A stretch of DNA of 64,000 bases from Gaiellaceae bacterium (GTDB taxonomy: Bacteria > Actinomycetota > Thermoleophilia > Gaiellales > Gaiellaceae), in assembly GCA_036394915.1 (NCBI GenBank), contig DASWEE010000144.1, forward strand, positions 17,142-81,141. Direction: 5' to 3'. Position numbers and translations under genes: made by a program. Shown here piece by piece: positions 47,095 through 56,336 of the stretch (positions are counted from its first letter, which is position 1; every line of letters begins with the position of its first letter). Under the pieces are notes generated by a model. The model was not told where the DNA came from and ran no database searches. It saw only the letters and a list, made by a program, of their open reading frames with translations.

Positions 47095-48064
47095 GTGGCT
47101 CGAAGAGGGGGATGGAGAAGGCTGGGGCGGAGAAGGCCGTTCCGGTACGCGGACGCCTATGGTAAGCGGATCACCGATCCCGCAAAGCTGGAGCGGATCG
47201 GATCGCTTGCGATTCCGCCGGCCCTGGAAAGAGGTCTGGATCTCGCCGCGCCCCGGGGCCAAGCTGCAGGCAACCGGGCTCGACTCCGCCGGGCGGCGGC
47301 AGTACCTGTACCACCCCGATTTCCGTGCCCGGCGCGAGCAGGAGAAATTCGACAAGCTCATTCGGTTTGCCGACCACCTTCCGCAGTTGCGCGCGCCGAT
47401 GGCGGAGCACATGGAGCTCGATTCCCTCGACCCGGACCGCATCTGCGCGCTTGCCGTCAGACTGATCAACCTGGGCTGGTTTCGCGTCGGCTCCGAGCAC
47501 TCTGCGCGCACATCGAGGACGTACGGCATCACCACGCTCACGAAGAGCCACGTCAGGGTCCGCGGCAGCCGCGTCTCGTTCAGCTTCCGCGGCAAGGGAA
47601 ACGCCCGCGTGCGCAGCGCGGTCGTCGATCCCGAGCTCGCAACCGCCGTGCGTGAGCTGGTCGACCTGGACGGGGGAAGGAGGCTCTTTCGGTACCGGCG
47701 CAACGGCGACCTGTTTTCCCTCTCGGCGGCGCTCCTCAACGACTACATCCGCACGTATCTCGGCGAGGAATTCACGGCCAAGGACTTCCGTACCTGGGGG
47801 GGCACGCTGCTTGCAGCCGTGGGCCTGGCCGAGCGCGGCGTTACCGACAGCGAGAGCAAGGCAAAGCGGGTGGTCGCCGCGGTCATGCGCCGCGTCGGTG
47901 AGCAGCTCGGCAACACCCCCGCGGTCGCGCGTGCGTCCTATGTGAGCCCGGCGGTGGTCGAGCAGTACCTGGAAGGACGCACGATCGAGGACTTTCGCCC
48001 CAGACACCTCCGCGTGGTCGGCGCACGTGAATTAGGGCTGAATCCAGAGGAAAGTCTTTGCTGA
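47095..48064 (+). pseudogene. Type IB DNA topoisomerase interrupted by a +1 frameshift at ~47222-47224
   Basis: Frame 1 gives 'FRYADAYGKRITDPAKLERIGSLAIPPA', then frame 2 gives 'WKEVWISPRPGAKLQATGLDSAGRRQYLYHPDF...'. The conserved 'IPPAW.EVWI' block is split by one extra C in 'ccggccctgg'. Confidence 0.7.
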
Positions 48065-48169
48065 GCCTGTTGCGATCGTCGCGTATTCGGCGTGCGCGCG
48101 CTGCAGCCTGATTACCTCCGAGATTTCCGCTAGGCTAATGCGCGTCCAGCTCGAACTAGGAGGAGCATC

Positions 48170-48367
48170 TTGGCTCGTAAGACCGTTCTCATCTGCGACA
48201 GCTGTGGGCGAGAGGTAGGCGAAGGAAAGGGAGGCACGCTGCGGCTCACGTATGCGGATGCCCGCAAGGGTGCCAAGCAGGCCGATCTCTGCGACAACTG
48301 CTCAGACGGCATGCCCGGCCACAAGGCGGCCAGACGAGGCCGTCGGCCCAGGTCGGCGACGGTGTAA
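48170..48367 (+). CDS. Small zinc-ribbon protein with basic tail (65 aa)
   Basis: AGGAGG lies 7 nt upstream of TTG. 'CDSCG..(27)..CDNC' followed by 'KAARRGRRPRS'. Confidence 0.5.
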   Translation: MARKTVLICDSCGREVGEGKGGTLRLTYADARKGAKQADLCDNCSDGMPGHKAARRGRRPRSATV

Positions 48368-48410
48368 AGCCGCCGCCCAATTTTCCCGCTCTTTCCACGT
48401 TTTTGTCCCA

Positions 48411-48447
48411 TCCTGGACCGAGGAGCCGTCAGGCTCCCGGACTAGGA
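48411..48447 (+). other. Imperfect GC-rich hairpin between the small zinc-ribbon gene and addB
   Basis: 'tcctggaCCGaGGAGCCgtcaGGCTCCCGGactagga'. No downstream U-tract, so it is not a canonical intrinsic terminator. Confidence 0.25.
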
Positions 48448-48454
48448 TGGCCTA

Positions 48455-51388
48455 GTGCCACTGACGCTTCTCGCCGGCCCGGCGAACTCGGGCAAGGTGG
48501 CGTCCCTGCTCGAGCGCTACCTGGCCGCGCTCGACCAGGATCCGGTTCTGATCGTGCCGAACCGGCCGGACGTCGACCGCATCGAGCGCGACCTCCTTCG
48601 TCGCTCTCCTGCGCTCGTGGGCGGCTCGATCGGGACGTTCGCCGACCTGTTCGAGCGGCTCGCGCGAGCTGACGGCGGCTCCCGGCCGGTTGCAACGGCC
48701 GCCCAGCGCGCGCTCGTCGTCCGCAACGCGCTCGCGCGCACGCATCTGAACGGCCTCGGGCCGTCGTCTCGCTTCCAGGGCTTTTCCGAGGCGCTCGTCC
48801 AGGCGCTCGGCGAGCTCGAGTCGGGCCTGCTCGAGCCGGACGACCTCGAGGACGAGAGCCTCGCCGGCCTGTACCGCGCCTACCGGGGCGAGCTCGACCG
48901 GCTCGGCCTCTGGGACCGCGACCTCGAGCGGCGCTACGCGGCCGACCGGGTCGCCGGCGAGCTCTCCGCCTGGGACGGCCGTCCCGTCTTCGCGTACGGC
49001 TTCGAGGACCTGACCGGAGCGGAGTGGGCGCTCTTGGAAGCTCTCTCCGCCCGTGCCGACGTCACCGTCTCGCTTCCGTACGAGCCGGGGCGCCCGGCTT
49101 TCTCCTCGCTGGAACGGACGGCCGCCGACCTCGCGTCGCTGGCACGCGGGCAGATCGAGGAGCTCCCGCCCGGCTCGACGGAGTGGACGCGGCCCGCGCT
49201 CGCCCATCTCGAGCGCGCGCTGTTCTCCGACGCCGCTCCCGCCGCGCCGCCGCTCACCGGGGAGCTCCGCCTGCTCGAAGGCGCAGGCACCCGAGCGACC
49301 CTCGAGCTCGTCGGCGAGGAGCTGCTCGAGCTGCTACGGAACGGCACCCCGGCGGACGAGATCGCGATCGTCTGCCCTGCGCTCGACCGCATCCGCGCGC
49401 CGCTCGAGACCGCCTTCTCGACGCTCGGGATCCCGTTTGCGGTCGAGGCTCGCCTGCGTCTGCCGCAGACGCCGTTCGGCCGCGCGCTCCTGTCGCTGCT
49501 CCGCTTCGTCTGGCTCGAGGGGGATCGTCCCGACCTCTACGGCTATCTGCGCTCCCCGTACTCCGGCCTGACCCGCAGCCACGTCGACTACCTCGAAGGG
49601 CGCCTGCGCGGCCGTGCCGTCCAGACCCACGAGCGGACAGAGGAGGAGACGCTGCGTCTGCGCGGGAAGCCGCTGCCGGTGCTCGCGGAGGTGCGCGGCG
49701 CGCCGCCGCTCGACGCCGTCCGCAACCTCGCCACCGCGATGCTCCGGGCAGCCTACGGGCTCGAGGCGCCGCCGGTCGGCGAGGGCGCCCGGCTCGACCT
49801 GCGCGCGCACGAATCGGTCACGCGGCTCCTGGACGAGCTCGAAGGCTGGGAGCAGCTCGGCGAGCACCTCTCGCGGGAGGACGTGGTCGGCGCGCTCGAG
49901 CGGACGACGGTGCGGACGGCGGCGGCGCACGAGCCCGGCCGCGTCCACGTCCTCGACCTGATGCGCGTGCGCACCCGCCGCTACCGCGTCGTCTTCGTAC
50001 TCGGGCTCGAGCAGGGCGGCCTGCCGCGGAGAGGCCGAGCCTCTCCGTTCCTCGACGACGAGGCCCGCACCGAGCTCGACCGCCTCAAGCGCGGCGCGCG
50101 CCTGTCCAGGCCCGACCCTGTCTCGCGGGAGCGCTACCTCTTCTACACCGCCTGCACTCGCGCGAGCGAGCGCCTGTTCCTCGTCCGGGAGGCAGCGAAC
50201 GACGACGGTTCGCCGCGGGAGCCGGGCCCGTTCTGGGACGAGGTCCGCTTCCTCTTCGATCCGGACGAGATCGAGCGCTGGACGACGCGGCGGCGGCTGT
50301 CGTCGCTGACCGGGCCGCTCGAACGGGCGCCGACTGAACGGGAGCGGCTTCGCGCTCTCGCCGCGGTGGCCGCGCAGGAACGCGAGACCGCAGCCGCGAT
50401 CGCGCGCGCGAACGGCTGGGAGCGGAAGCTGGATCGGGCTCGTACGGCCTTCGAGCGCCCGACGGAGCTCCGTCATCCGGCGGTGCTCGAGGAGCTGCGG
50501 TCGAAGCAGACGTTCGGCGTAACCGAGCTGGAGGTGTTCGCCGACTGCTCGTCGATCTGGCTGATCGACCGCCTCGTCGGCCCGCGCACGATCGACCCTC
50601 AGGTCGACGCCCGCCTGCGCGGGACGATCGCCCACCAGGCGCTGTACAAGTTCTTCTCCGGCCTGCCCAAGCGCCTGGGCGCCGACCGCGTCGAGCCGGA
50701 GCGGCTCGAGGAGGCGCTCGCGTTCCTCGGCGAGTGCCTGCAGGAGGCGCTCGAGGGCGGCCTCTGGCTCGAGCTGACCGACCTCGAGCGCAGCGAGCTC
50801 GAGCAGGGTCTCCGCCGCGACCTCGAGCACTTCGTCCGCGCCGAGGCCGAGAGCGGGCTTTCGCTCGTCCCGCGCCGGTTCGAGGTCCTGTTCGGCTCGG
50901 AGCGCTCCGCCCCCGAGCTGCAGTCCGGCCTCGATCTTGGCGGGTTCGCGCTGTCCGGGAAGATCGACCGGATCGACGTCGACCCGTTCTCGGCCCGCGG
51001 GATCGTCCAGGACTACAAGTCGGGAAAGACCGCGTTCTCGGCGGCGAAGATCGAGTCCGAGCTCAAGCTGCAGATCCCGCTGTACATGCTCGTCCTGCGC
51101 GACCTCGTCGGGATCGAGCCGCTCGGCGGCCTCTACCGCGCCCTCGCCGGCGAGCGTCCGGCCCGCGGCCTGCTGCGCAAGGAGGCGAAGGCCGATCTGC
51201 CCGGCTTCAGCTCGAAGGACTATCTCGACGAGGAGGAGTTCTGGGGGCAGGTCGAGACCGCGCGCGAGCGCGGTGCGGCGCTGGTCGGGCGGATCCGAGA
51301 GGGGGACATCGCCCACGATCCGAAGGGCGGCTTCCCCTGTCCCTCCTGGTGCGAGCTGTGGCCGATGTGCCGGGTGTCCAGAGCATGA
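48455..51388 (+). CDS. addB: AddB-type helicase-nuclease subunit (PD-(D/E)XK nuclease with Fe-S cluster)
   Basis: N-terminal degenerate Walker A 'LLAGPANSGK', nuclease 'GKIDRIDV...IVQDYKSGK', Cys cluster 'FADCSS'...'CPSWCELWPMC'. Confidence 0.85.
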   Translation: MPLTLLAGPANSGKVASLLERYLAALDQDPVLIVPNRPDVDRIERDLLRRSPALVGGSIGTFADLFERLARADGGSRPVATAAQRALVVRNALARTHLNGLGPSSRFQGFSEALVQALGELESGLLEPDDLEDESLAGLYRAYRGELDRLGLWDRDLERRYAADRVAGELSAWDGRPVFAYGFEDLTGAEWALLEALSARADVTVSLPYEPGRPAFSSLERTAADLASLARGQIEELPPGSTEWTRPALAHLERALFSDAAPAAPPLTGELRLLEGAGTRATLELVGEELLELLRNGTPADEIAIVCPALDRIRAPLETAFSTLGIPFAVEARLRLPQTPFGRALLSLLRFVWLEGDRPDLYGYLRSPYSGLTRSHVDYLEGRLRGRAVQTHERTEEETLRLRGKPLPVLAEVRGAPPLDAVRNLATAMLRAAYGLEAPPVGEGARLDLRAHESVTRLLDELEGWEQLGEHLSREDVVGALERTTVRTAAAHEPGRVHVLDLMRVRTRRYRVVFVLGLEQGGLPRRGRASPFLDDEARTELDRLKRGARLSRPDPVSRERYLFYTACTRASERLFLVREAANDDGSPREPGPFWDEVRFLFDPDEIERWTTRRRLSSLTGPLERAPTERERLRALAAVAAQERETAAAIARANGWERKLDRARTAFERPTELRHPAVLEELRSKQTFGVTELEVFADCSSIWLIDRLVGPRTIDPQVDARLRGTIAHQALYKFFSGLPKRLGADRVEPERLEEALAFLGECLQEALEGGLWLELTDLERSELEQGLRRDLEHFVRAEAESGLSLVPRRFEVLFGSERSAPELQSGLDLGGFALSGKIDRIDVDPFSARGIVQDYKSGKTAFSAAKIESELKLQIPLYMLVLRDLVGIEPLGGLYRALAGERPARGLLRKEAKADLPGFSSKDYLDEEEFWGQVETARERGAALVGRIREGDIAHDPKGGFPCPSWCELWPMCRVSRA

Positions 51389-54300
51389 GCGCCGCCGCCC
51401 CGAACAGGGAACAGCTCGCGGCGATCGAGGCGCCCGGCGTCGTCTTCGTCTCCGCGGGCGCAGGCACCGGGAAGACAACCGTGCTCGTCGAGCGCTACGT
51501 GCGCGCGGTCTGCGAGCGCGGCCTCGACATCGAGTCGATCCTCGTCATCACGTACACGGAGCGCGCCGCGGGCGAGCTCTGGAGCCGGATCCGCGCGCGC
51601 CTCGTTGAGCTCGGTCGCCACGACCTCGCGCGCGAGCTGGACGGCGCCTGGATCTCGACGATTCACGGTTTCTGTCACCGGCTCCTGAAGGCCCATCCCT
51701 TTGCGGCCGGGATCGACCCGCGCTACCGCGTGCTCGACGAGAGCCAGGCTCGCGTCGTCCAGAGCGAGGCGCTGCAGGAGGCGCTGACGGCGTTTTGTGC
51801 CGGCGCCGATCCCGAGCGGTTGCGGCTGCTCGCGACCTACGGCGCGCGCGGCCTGCGGCGGATGGTGACCGGCGCCTACGAGACGCTGCGCTCGGCCGGC
51901 CGTCCGCTCGAGCTCGAGCTCGGCGGCGACTCCGGGCTCGGGGAGCGGGTCGCCGAGCTCCGCGAGGCCGCTCGCTGCCTGCTGGACGAAGGCCCAGACG
52001 AGACGGTTGAGCGCCTCGTCGAGCTGCTGGACGGCTCGCCCACCTCCGAGGAGCTGCTCGACCTGTCCGGCTACGCCGCCAAGGGCCGTGAGCGCGTCGC
52101 GACCTACGAGGAGGCGCGGCGCGGGGTCGAGCAGGCAGCGCTCGACGAGCTGGCGCGCCGCGACCGCGACCTGCTGCAGGAGCTGCTCGCCGGCTTTGCA
52201 GTCGCCTACCGCGCCGCCAAGGACCGCGAGTCGGCGCTCGACTTCGAGGATCTGCAGCTGTACGCGCGCGATCTCCTGCTGAACGACGAGGAGGTCCGCG
52301 ACCGCGAGCGGTGGCGGTTGCGCTCGATCATGGTCGACGAGTTCCAGGACACGAATCGGCTCCAGTGCGAGCTAATAGACCTGCTCGCCGGAGACACCAC
52401 GCGTTCCCGGGGCGCCGCTGGCGGTGCGGGGCCGGAGGGGATAGTGCTTGGCACAGACCCGGAGAGCACCGTGCCGTCAGCGGCGTCAGGCGGCGGCGGA
52501 GCCGGGCTCCGCCCGGCGGGAGCCGACGCCGGCCGGGGGCGCGTGGAAGAACTGTTCTTCGTAGGCGATGAGTTCCAGTCGATCTACCGCTTCCGCCACG
52601 CCGACGTCGAGGTCTTCCGCGAGCGGCGCGAGCAGACGGGGGGCGTCTTGGCGCTGACGGAGAACTACCGCTCCCGCCCCGAGGTGCTCGAGGTGATCAA
52701 CCACCTCTTCTCGGGCGACTTCGGCGAGTCGTTTCAGCCGCTCTCCGCCGCCGGCCGCTTCCCCGACCCGGCCTTCGGCCCCGCGGTCGAGCTGCTCGTC
52801 ACCGACAAGTCGACCTACACCGGCACCGGCATCCACTGGAGGAAGGCGGAGGCCAAGCACGTCGCGCGCCGGCTGCGCGAGCTCGTCGACGCGGGTGAGG
52901 CGACCCCGGGGGAGATCGTGCTCCTGTTCGCCGCCGGCACCGACGCGAGGCTGTACGAGGACGAGCTGCGCGCCGTTGAGCTGCCGACGTTCCGCGCGAC
53001 CGGGCGCGACTACTACAGCCGCCAGCAGGTCGTCGACCTGCTCGCGTACCTCCGGCTCCTGCACAACCGCTACGACGACGAGGCGCTCGTGACCGTGCTC
53101 GCGTCGCCGTTCGTCGGCGTCTCGAACGACGCGCTCGTCCTCCTGCGCCGAGCCGCCGGCCGCCGGCCGCTGTACGCGGGGATCGAGCGCGGGCTGCCGG
53201 AGGAGATCGAAGACCGCGACAGCCGGCTGTTCCGGGCCTTCCGGCAGCGCTACGAGCGGCTCGCCGAGCAGGCCGGGACGCTCTCGCTCGAGCGCCTGTG
53301 CGAGCAGATCGTGATCGAGCACGATTACGACCTCGCCGTGCTCGCCCAGCGGGACGGCCGCAGGCGTTACGCGAACATGCGCAAGCTCGCGCGGCTCGCC
53401 CGCTCGTACGAGGAGCTGCGCGGGCGCGAGATCGAGGGGTTCGTCCGCTTCGTCCGCGAGCAGGACACCGTCGGCGCCTCCGAGCTCGAGGCGGTGGCCG
53501 AGGAGGAGGACACCGACGTCATCCGCCTGCTCACGATCCACTCCGCCAAGGGGCTCGAGTTCAAGGTCGTCGTCGTCGCGGACGCGGGGCGTGACCGCTC
53601 GCCGTCGTGGGGGGACGAGGTGCTGGCGCTGCCCGACGGGCGCCTCGGGTTCAAGGTCGCGCACCCCGCCACCGGCAAGCGGATGGCGACGAGCGACTAC
53701 GAGGAGGTCAAGGAGGCCGAGGAGGAGGCCGAGAAGGCGGAGCGCCGCCGCCTCTACTACGTGGCAATGACGCGGGCCGTCGACCGGCTGATCGTGTCGG
53801 GCTCGATCGACCCCTCGAAGGCGACCGCGGCCGAGACCCCGATCGGCTGGGTGCTCGAGCGGCTCGGGCCGGAGGAGCTCGACCAGGCCGGCGACGGGCC
53901 GCTGGAGGTCGAGCGGGGCAATGCCCGGCTCGTCCTCCGCGTCGACCGCCACGCGGTCGAGACCGGCGAGGCCGTCGAGGCGGTGGAAGAGGAAGCGCAG
54001 CTGTCGCTGTTCGCCGCCGGCGAGCCCGTGCCGCCGCGGGTCGAGGTTCCGGCGCTCCCCGAGCTCGTGCCCCTTCCGGCGCCGCCCGATTTCCGGATCC
54101 GGCGGCTCTCCTACAGCGCGCTCGCCCTGTTCGAGCGCTGCTCCTACCGCTTCTACGCCGAACGGGTCGTGGGGCTGCGGCCGGGACCCGCGGCCGGCGA
54201 GGTCTCGGGAGAGGGCGGACTGGCCGCGACCGAGATCGGCGACGCCGTCCACGCGCTGCTCGAGCGGATCGACCTGGCCGCGCCGCGTGTTCCGGACGAT

Positions 54301-54882
54301 CTCGAGGCGGTCGTGCATGCCCGCTATCCGCAGGCGACGGCGGAGGAGGTCGCCCGCATCCGCGCGCTCGTCGCCGCCTACTGCGGCTCGGAGCTGGCTG
54401 CGCGTGTCGCCGCGCTCTCGAGCGCTGCGGCCGAGCGGCCGTTCGCGTTCGAGCACGACGACGTCCTCTTCCACGGGCGGCTGGACGTGCTCTACCAAGC
54501 GGAGGGGCGCGCGCTGGTCGTCGACTACAAGACGAACGTGCTCGGCGAGCGGTCGCCGGAGGAGGTAGTCGAAGGCGAGTACCGGGTCCAGCGGCTCGTC
54601 TACGCGATCGCGTGCCTGCGGGCGGGTGCGGACGAGGTCGAGGTCGTCCACCAGTTCCTGGAGCGGCCGGATGTGCTTGTGTCGGCGACGTTCGAGCGCG
54701 CCGATCTCCCCGGCCTCGGGGCCGAGCTCTCGGAGGCGATCGCGCACATCCAGGCGGGCGAGTTCCGCCCGACGCCGAGCGACTTCGTTTGCCCGGATTG
54801 CCCCGTCCTCGGCGTCGTCTGTGCCGGGCCGGCGCTGCGGGAGCACCATATGGAGTCGGCCGCAGCGTTCTCAGCGAGCTAA
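51385..54882 (+). CDS. addA: AddA-type UvrD-family helicase-nuclease, with a 50-codon repeat insertion
   Basis: 'SAGAGTGKTTVL', 'VDEFQDTN', 'VGDEFQSIYRFRHA', 'TIHSAKGLEF', 'YVAMTRA', C-terminal nuclease 'GRLDVLY...VVDYKT'. ATGA overlap with addB. Confidence 0.9.
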   Translation: MSAAAPNREQLAAIEAPGVVFVSAGAGTGKTTVLVERYVRAVCERGLDIESILVITYTERAAGELWSRIRARLVELGRHDLARELDGAWISTIHGFCHRLLKAHPFAAGIDPRYRVLDESQARVVQSEALQEALTAFCAGADPERLRLLATYGARGLRRMVTGAYETLRSAGRPLELELGGDSGLGERVAELREAARCLLDEGPDETVERLVELLDGSPTSEELLDLSGYAAKGRERVATYEEARRGVEQAALDELARRDRDLLQELLAGFAVAYRAAKDRESALDFEDLQLYARDLLLNDEEVRDRERWRLRSIMVDEFQDTNRLQCELIDLLAGDTTRSRGAAGGAGPEGIVLGTDPESTVPSAASGGGGAGLRPAGADAGRGRVEELFFVGDEFQSIYRFRHADVEVFRERREQTGGVLALTENYRSRPEVLEVINHLFSGDFGESFQPLSAAGRFPDPAFGPAVELLVTDKSTYTGTGIHWRKAEAKHVARRLRELVDAGEATPGEIVLLFAAGTDARLYEDELRAVELPTFRATGRDYYSRQQVVDLLAYLRLLHNRYDDEALVTVLASPFVGVSNDALVLLRRAAGRRPLYAGIERGLPEEIEDRDSRLFRAFRQRYERLAEQAGTLSLERLCEQIVIEHDYDLAVLAQRDGRRRYANMRKLARLARSYEELRGREIEGFVRFVREQDTVGASELEAVAEEEDTDVIRLLTIHSAKGLEFKVVVVADAGRDRSPSWGDEVLALPDGRLGFKVAHPATGKRMATSDYEEVKEAEEEAEKAERRRLYYVAMTRAVDRLIVSGSIDPSKATAAETPIGWVLERLGPEELDQAGDGPLEVERGNARLVLRVDRHAVETGEAVEAVEEEAQLSLFAAGEPVPPRVEVPALPELVPLPAPPDFRIRRLSYSALALFERCSYRFYAERVVGLRPGPAAGEVSGEGGLAATEIGDAVHALLERIDLAAPRVPDDLEAVVHARYPQATAEEVARIRALVAAYCGSELAARVAALSSAAAERPFAFEHDDVLFHGRLDVLYQAEGRALVVDYKTNVLGERSPEEVVEGEYRVQRLVYAIACLRAGADEVEVVHQFLERPDVLVSATFERADLPGLGAELSEAIAHIQAGEFRPTPSDFVCPDCPVLGVVCAGPALREHHMESAAAFSAS
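52397..52546 (+). repeat. 150-nt structured palindromic repeat, copy B (in-frame inside addA)
   Basis: Helices CCACGCGTTCC/GGGGCGCGTGG, CGCCGCTGGCGG/CCGTCAGCGGCG, GCCGGGC-tcc-GCCCGGC. The core matches copies A and C. Confidence 0.9.
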
Positions 54883-54932
54883 GTTCGGGGTCGATCGGCG
54901 TATCATCCGCCGTGCCGCCAGAGGGGAGGGGC

Positions 54933-55178
54933 ATGAAGGTCTTCGTCGTCCACGACGCCAACGGCACCATCAGCTCTTACGCGATCCCTGCCGCCGACAT
55001 GCAGGGGCAACTCGGGCTCGAGCCCCCGCGCGGGCAGTCGGTCAGCGAGATCGACGTGCCCGAGCTCGACGGGATCGGCGATCTCCGCGAACGGCTCCGG
55101 CACCTGGACGAAGCGCTGGAGGACAGACGCGTTCAGGGCGGCCAACTCGTTCCCGGTCGATCCGGCAACCGGTCCTGA
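54933..55178 (+). CDS. Hypothetical protein (81 aa)
   Basis: GAGGGGAGGG precedes the ATG. High GC3. 'MKVFVVHDANGTISSYAIP'. No family recognised. Confidence 0.5.
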   Translation: MKVFVVHDANGTISSYAIPAADMQGQLGLEPPRGQSVSEIDVPELDGIGDLRERLRHLDEALEDRRVQGGQLVPGRSGNRS

Positions 55179-55480
55179 TGGTCGAGCTCACGTTTCATCA
55201 CCTCGGACAAGGGTCGATCAATGGGGGGCAGACCATCCATTTCTGGTGGAACAACGCCCCCCGGCAACGGGTCTGGGCTTTCAGCGTCGACGCCGAGGTC
55301 CCTCTGATGTTTGCTTTCGCGGGTGCGACGGCGGAGCTCGAGATCACCCGAGTCGAATATCGGCAGAACTTCAACGGCCCGTCGTCGAGCGATACCGAGC
55401 AGGAGATTCATTTCTGGCTCAAGAACAACGGGGCGACCAAGGCGAACTACTACCTCCACATGGCGACGATCCGCGAGTAG
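55178..55480 (+). CDS. Hypothetical protein (100 aa) with internal 'IHFW(W/L)xNN' duplication
   Basis: The ATG overlaps the upstream stop (TGATG). 'QTIHFWWNNAP' and 'QEIHFWLKNNGA'. Beta-rich composition. Confidence 0.5.
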   Translation: MVELTFHHLGQGSINGGQTIHFWWNNAPRQRVWAFSVDAEVPLMFAFAGATAELEITRVEYRQNFNGPSSSDTEQEIHFWLKNNGATKANYYLHMATIRE

Positions 55481-55630
55481 TCGCGGCTCTGGAACGCCGG
55501 CGGCCTCCCGCGCCACGCCTCCCACCCGGTTGGGGGACCCACCTCCTGGTACACGTGGGTAACTAAGTAGCGGAACCCGTCGCTCGGAGCTGAGCCAATT
55601 CTGTGCCGATCCTCGACTAGCGTTCGGCGC

Positions 55631-56299
55631 ATGGCCCGGAGCTACGTGTCGGAGGCGCGCAAGCGCGTCGGGCCGAAGCGCGCGCGCATCGGCCCGATCA
55701 TCGAGCGGCTGAGGACCGCCCACGCCGACGCCGCGATCGCGCTCCGCTTCCGCGCTCCGCTCGAGCTGCTCGTCTCGGTGATGCTGTCGGCGCAGACGAC
55801 CGACGTGAACGTCAACCGCGTCACCGAGCGGCTGTTTCGGAAGTACCGCCGGCCCGAGGACTACCTCGCCGTCCCTCCCGAGGAGCTCGAGCGCGACATC
55901 TACCAGACCGGCTTCTTTCGCCAGAAGGCGAAGGCGATCCGCGGAACGATGAAGATGCTGCTCGAGGAGTTCGACGGCCAGGTGCCGCGGCGGCTGGAAG
56001 ACCTGCTCCGCCTCCCCGGCGTCGCGCGCAAGACGGCCAACGTCGTCGCGGCCGAGCTCGGGAACCCGCAGGGGATCGTCGTCGACACGCACGTTCGCCG
56101 CCTATCGCAGCGGCTCGGTCTCACCCGCCACGACGACCCGGTCAAGATCGAGCGCGACCTGCAGAGGATCGTCCCACGCGAGCACTGGGGGCTCTTCCCG
56201 CACCTGTTGATCTGGCACGGCCGGCGCGTCTGTCTCGCGCGCGTCCCCCGCTGCGAGGACTGCGTCCTCACCGACCTCTGTCCCTCGTCACGGGTCTGA
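55631..56299 (+). CDS. nth: Endonuclease III
   Basis: HhH 'LPGVARKTANVV', catalytic 'VDTHV', Fe-S 'CLARVPRCEDCVLTDLC'. Confidence 0.9.
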   Translation: MARSYVSEARKRVGPKRARIGPIIERLRTAHADAAIALRFRAPLELLVSVMLSAQTTDVNVNRVTERLFRKYRRPEDYLAVPPEELERDIYQTGFFRQKAKAIRGTMKMLLEEFDGQVPRRLEDLLRLPGVARKTANVVAAELGNPQGIVVDTHVRRLSQRLGLTRHDDPVKIERDLQRIVPREHWGLFPHLLIWHGRRVCLARVPRCEDCVLTDLCPSSRV

Positions 56300-56336
56300 C
56301 ACAAAGCGGTGCGAATTCGCCGCCTACGCTGAGTGC

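Noticed and set aside
52397-52546. The AddA insertion as a mini-intein.
   Set aside because: It is only 50 residues with no intein splicing blocks: no N-terminal Cys/Ser, and no terminal His-Asn followed by Cys/Ser/Thr. The nucleotide sequence is a copy of a repeat that is also found intergenically.
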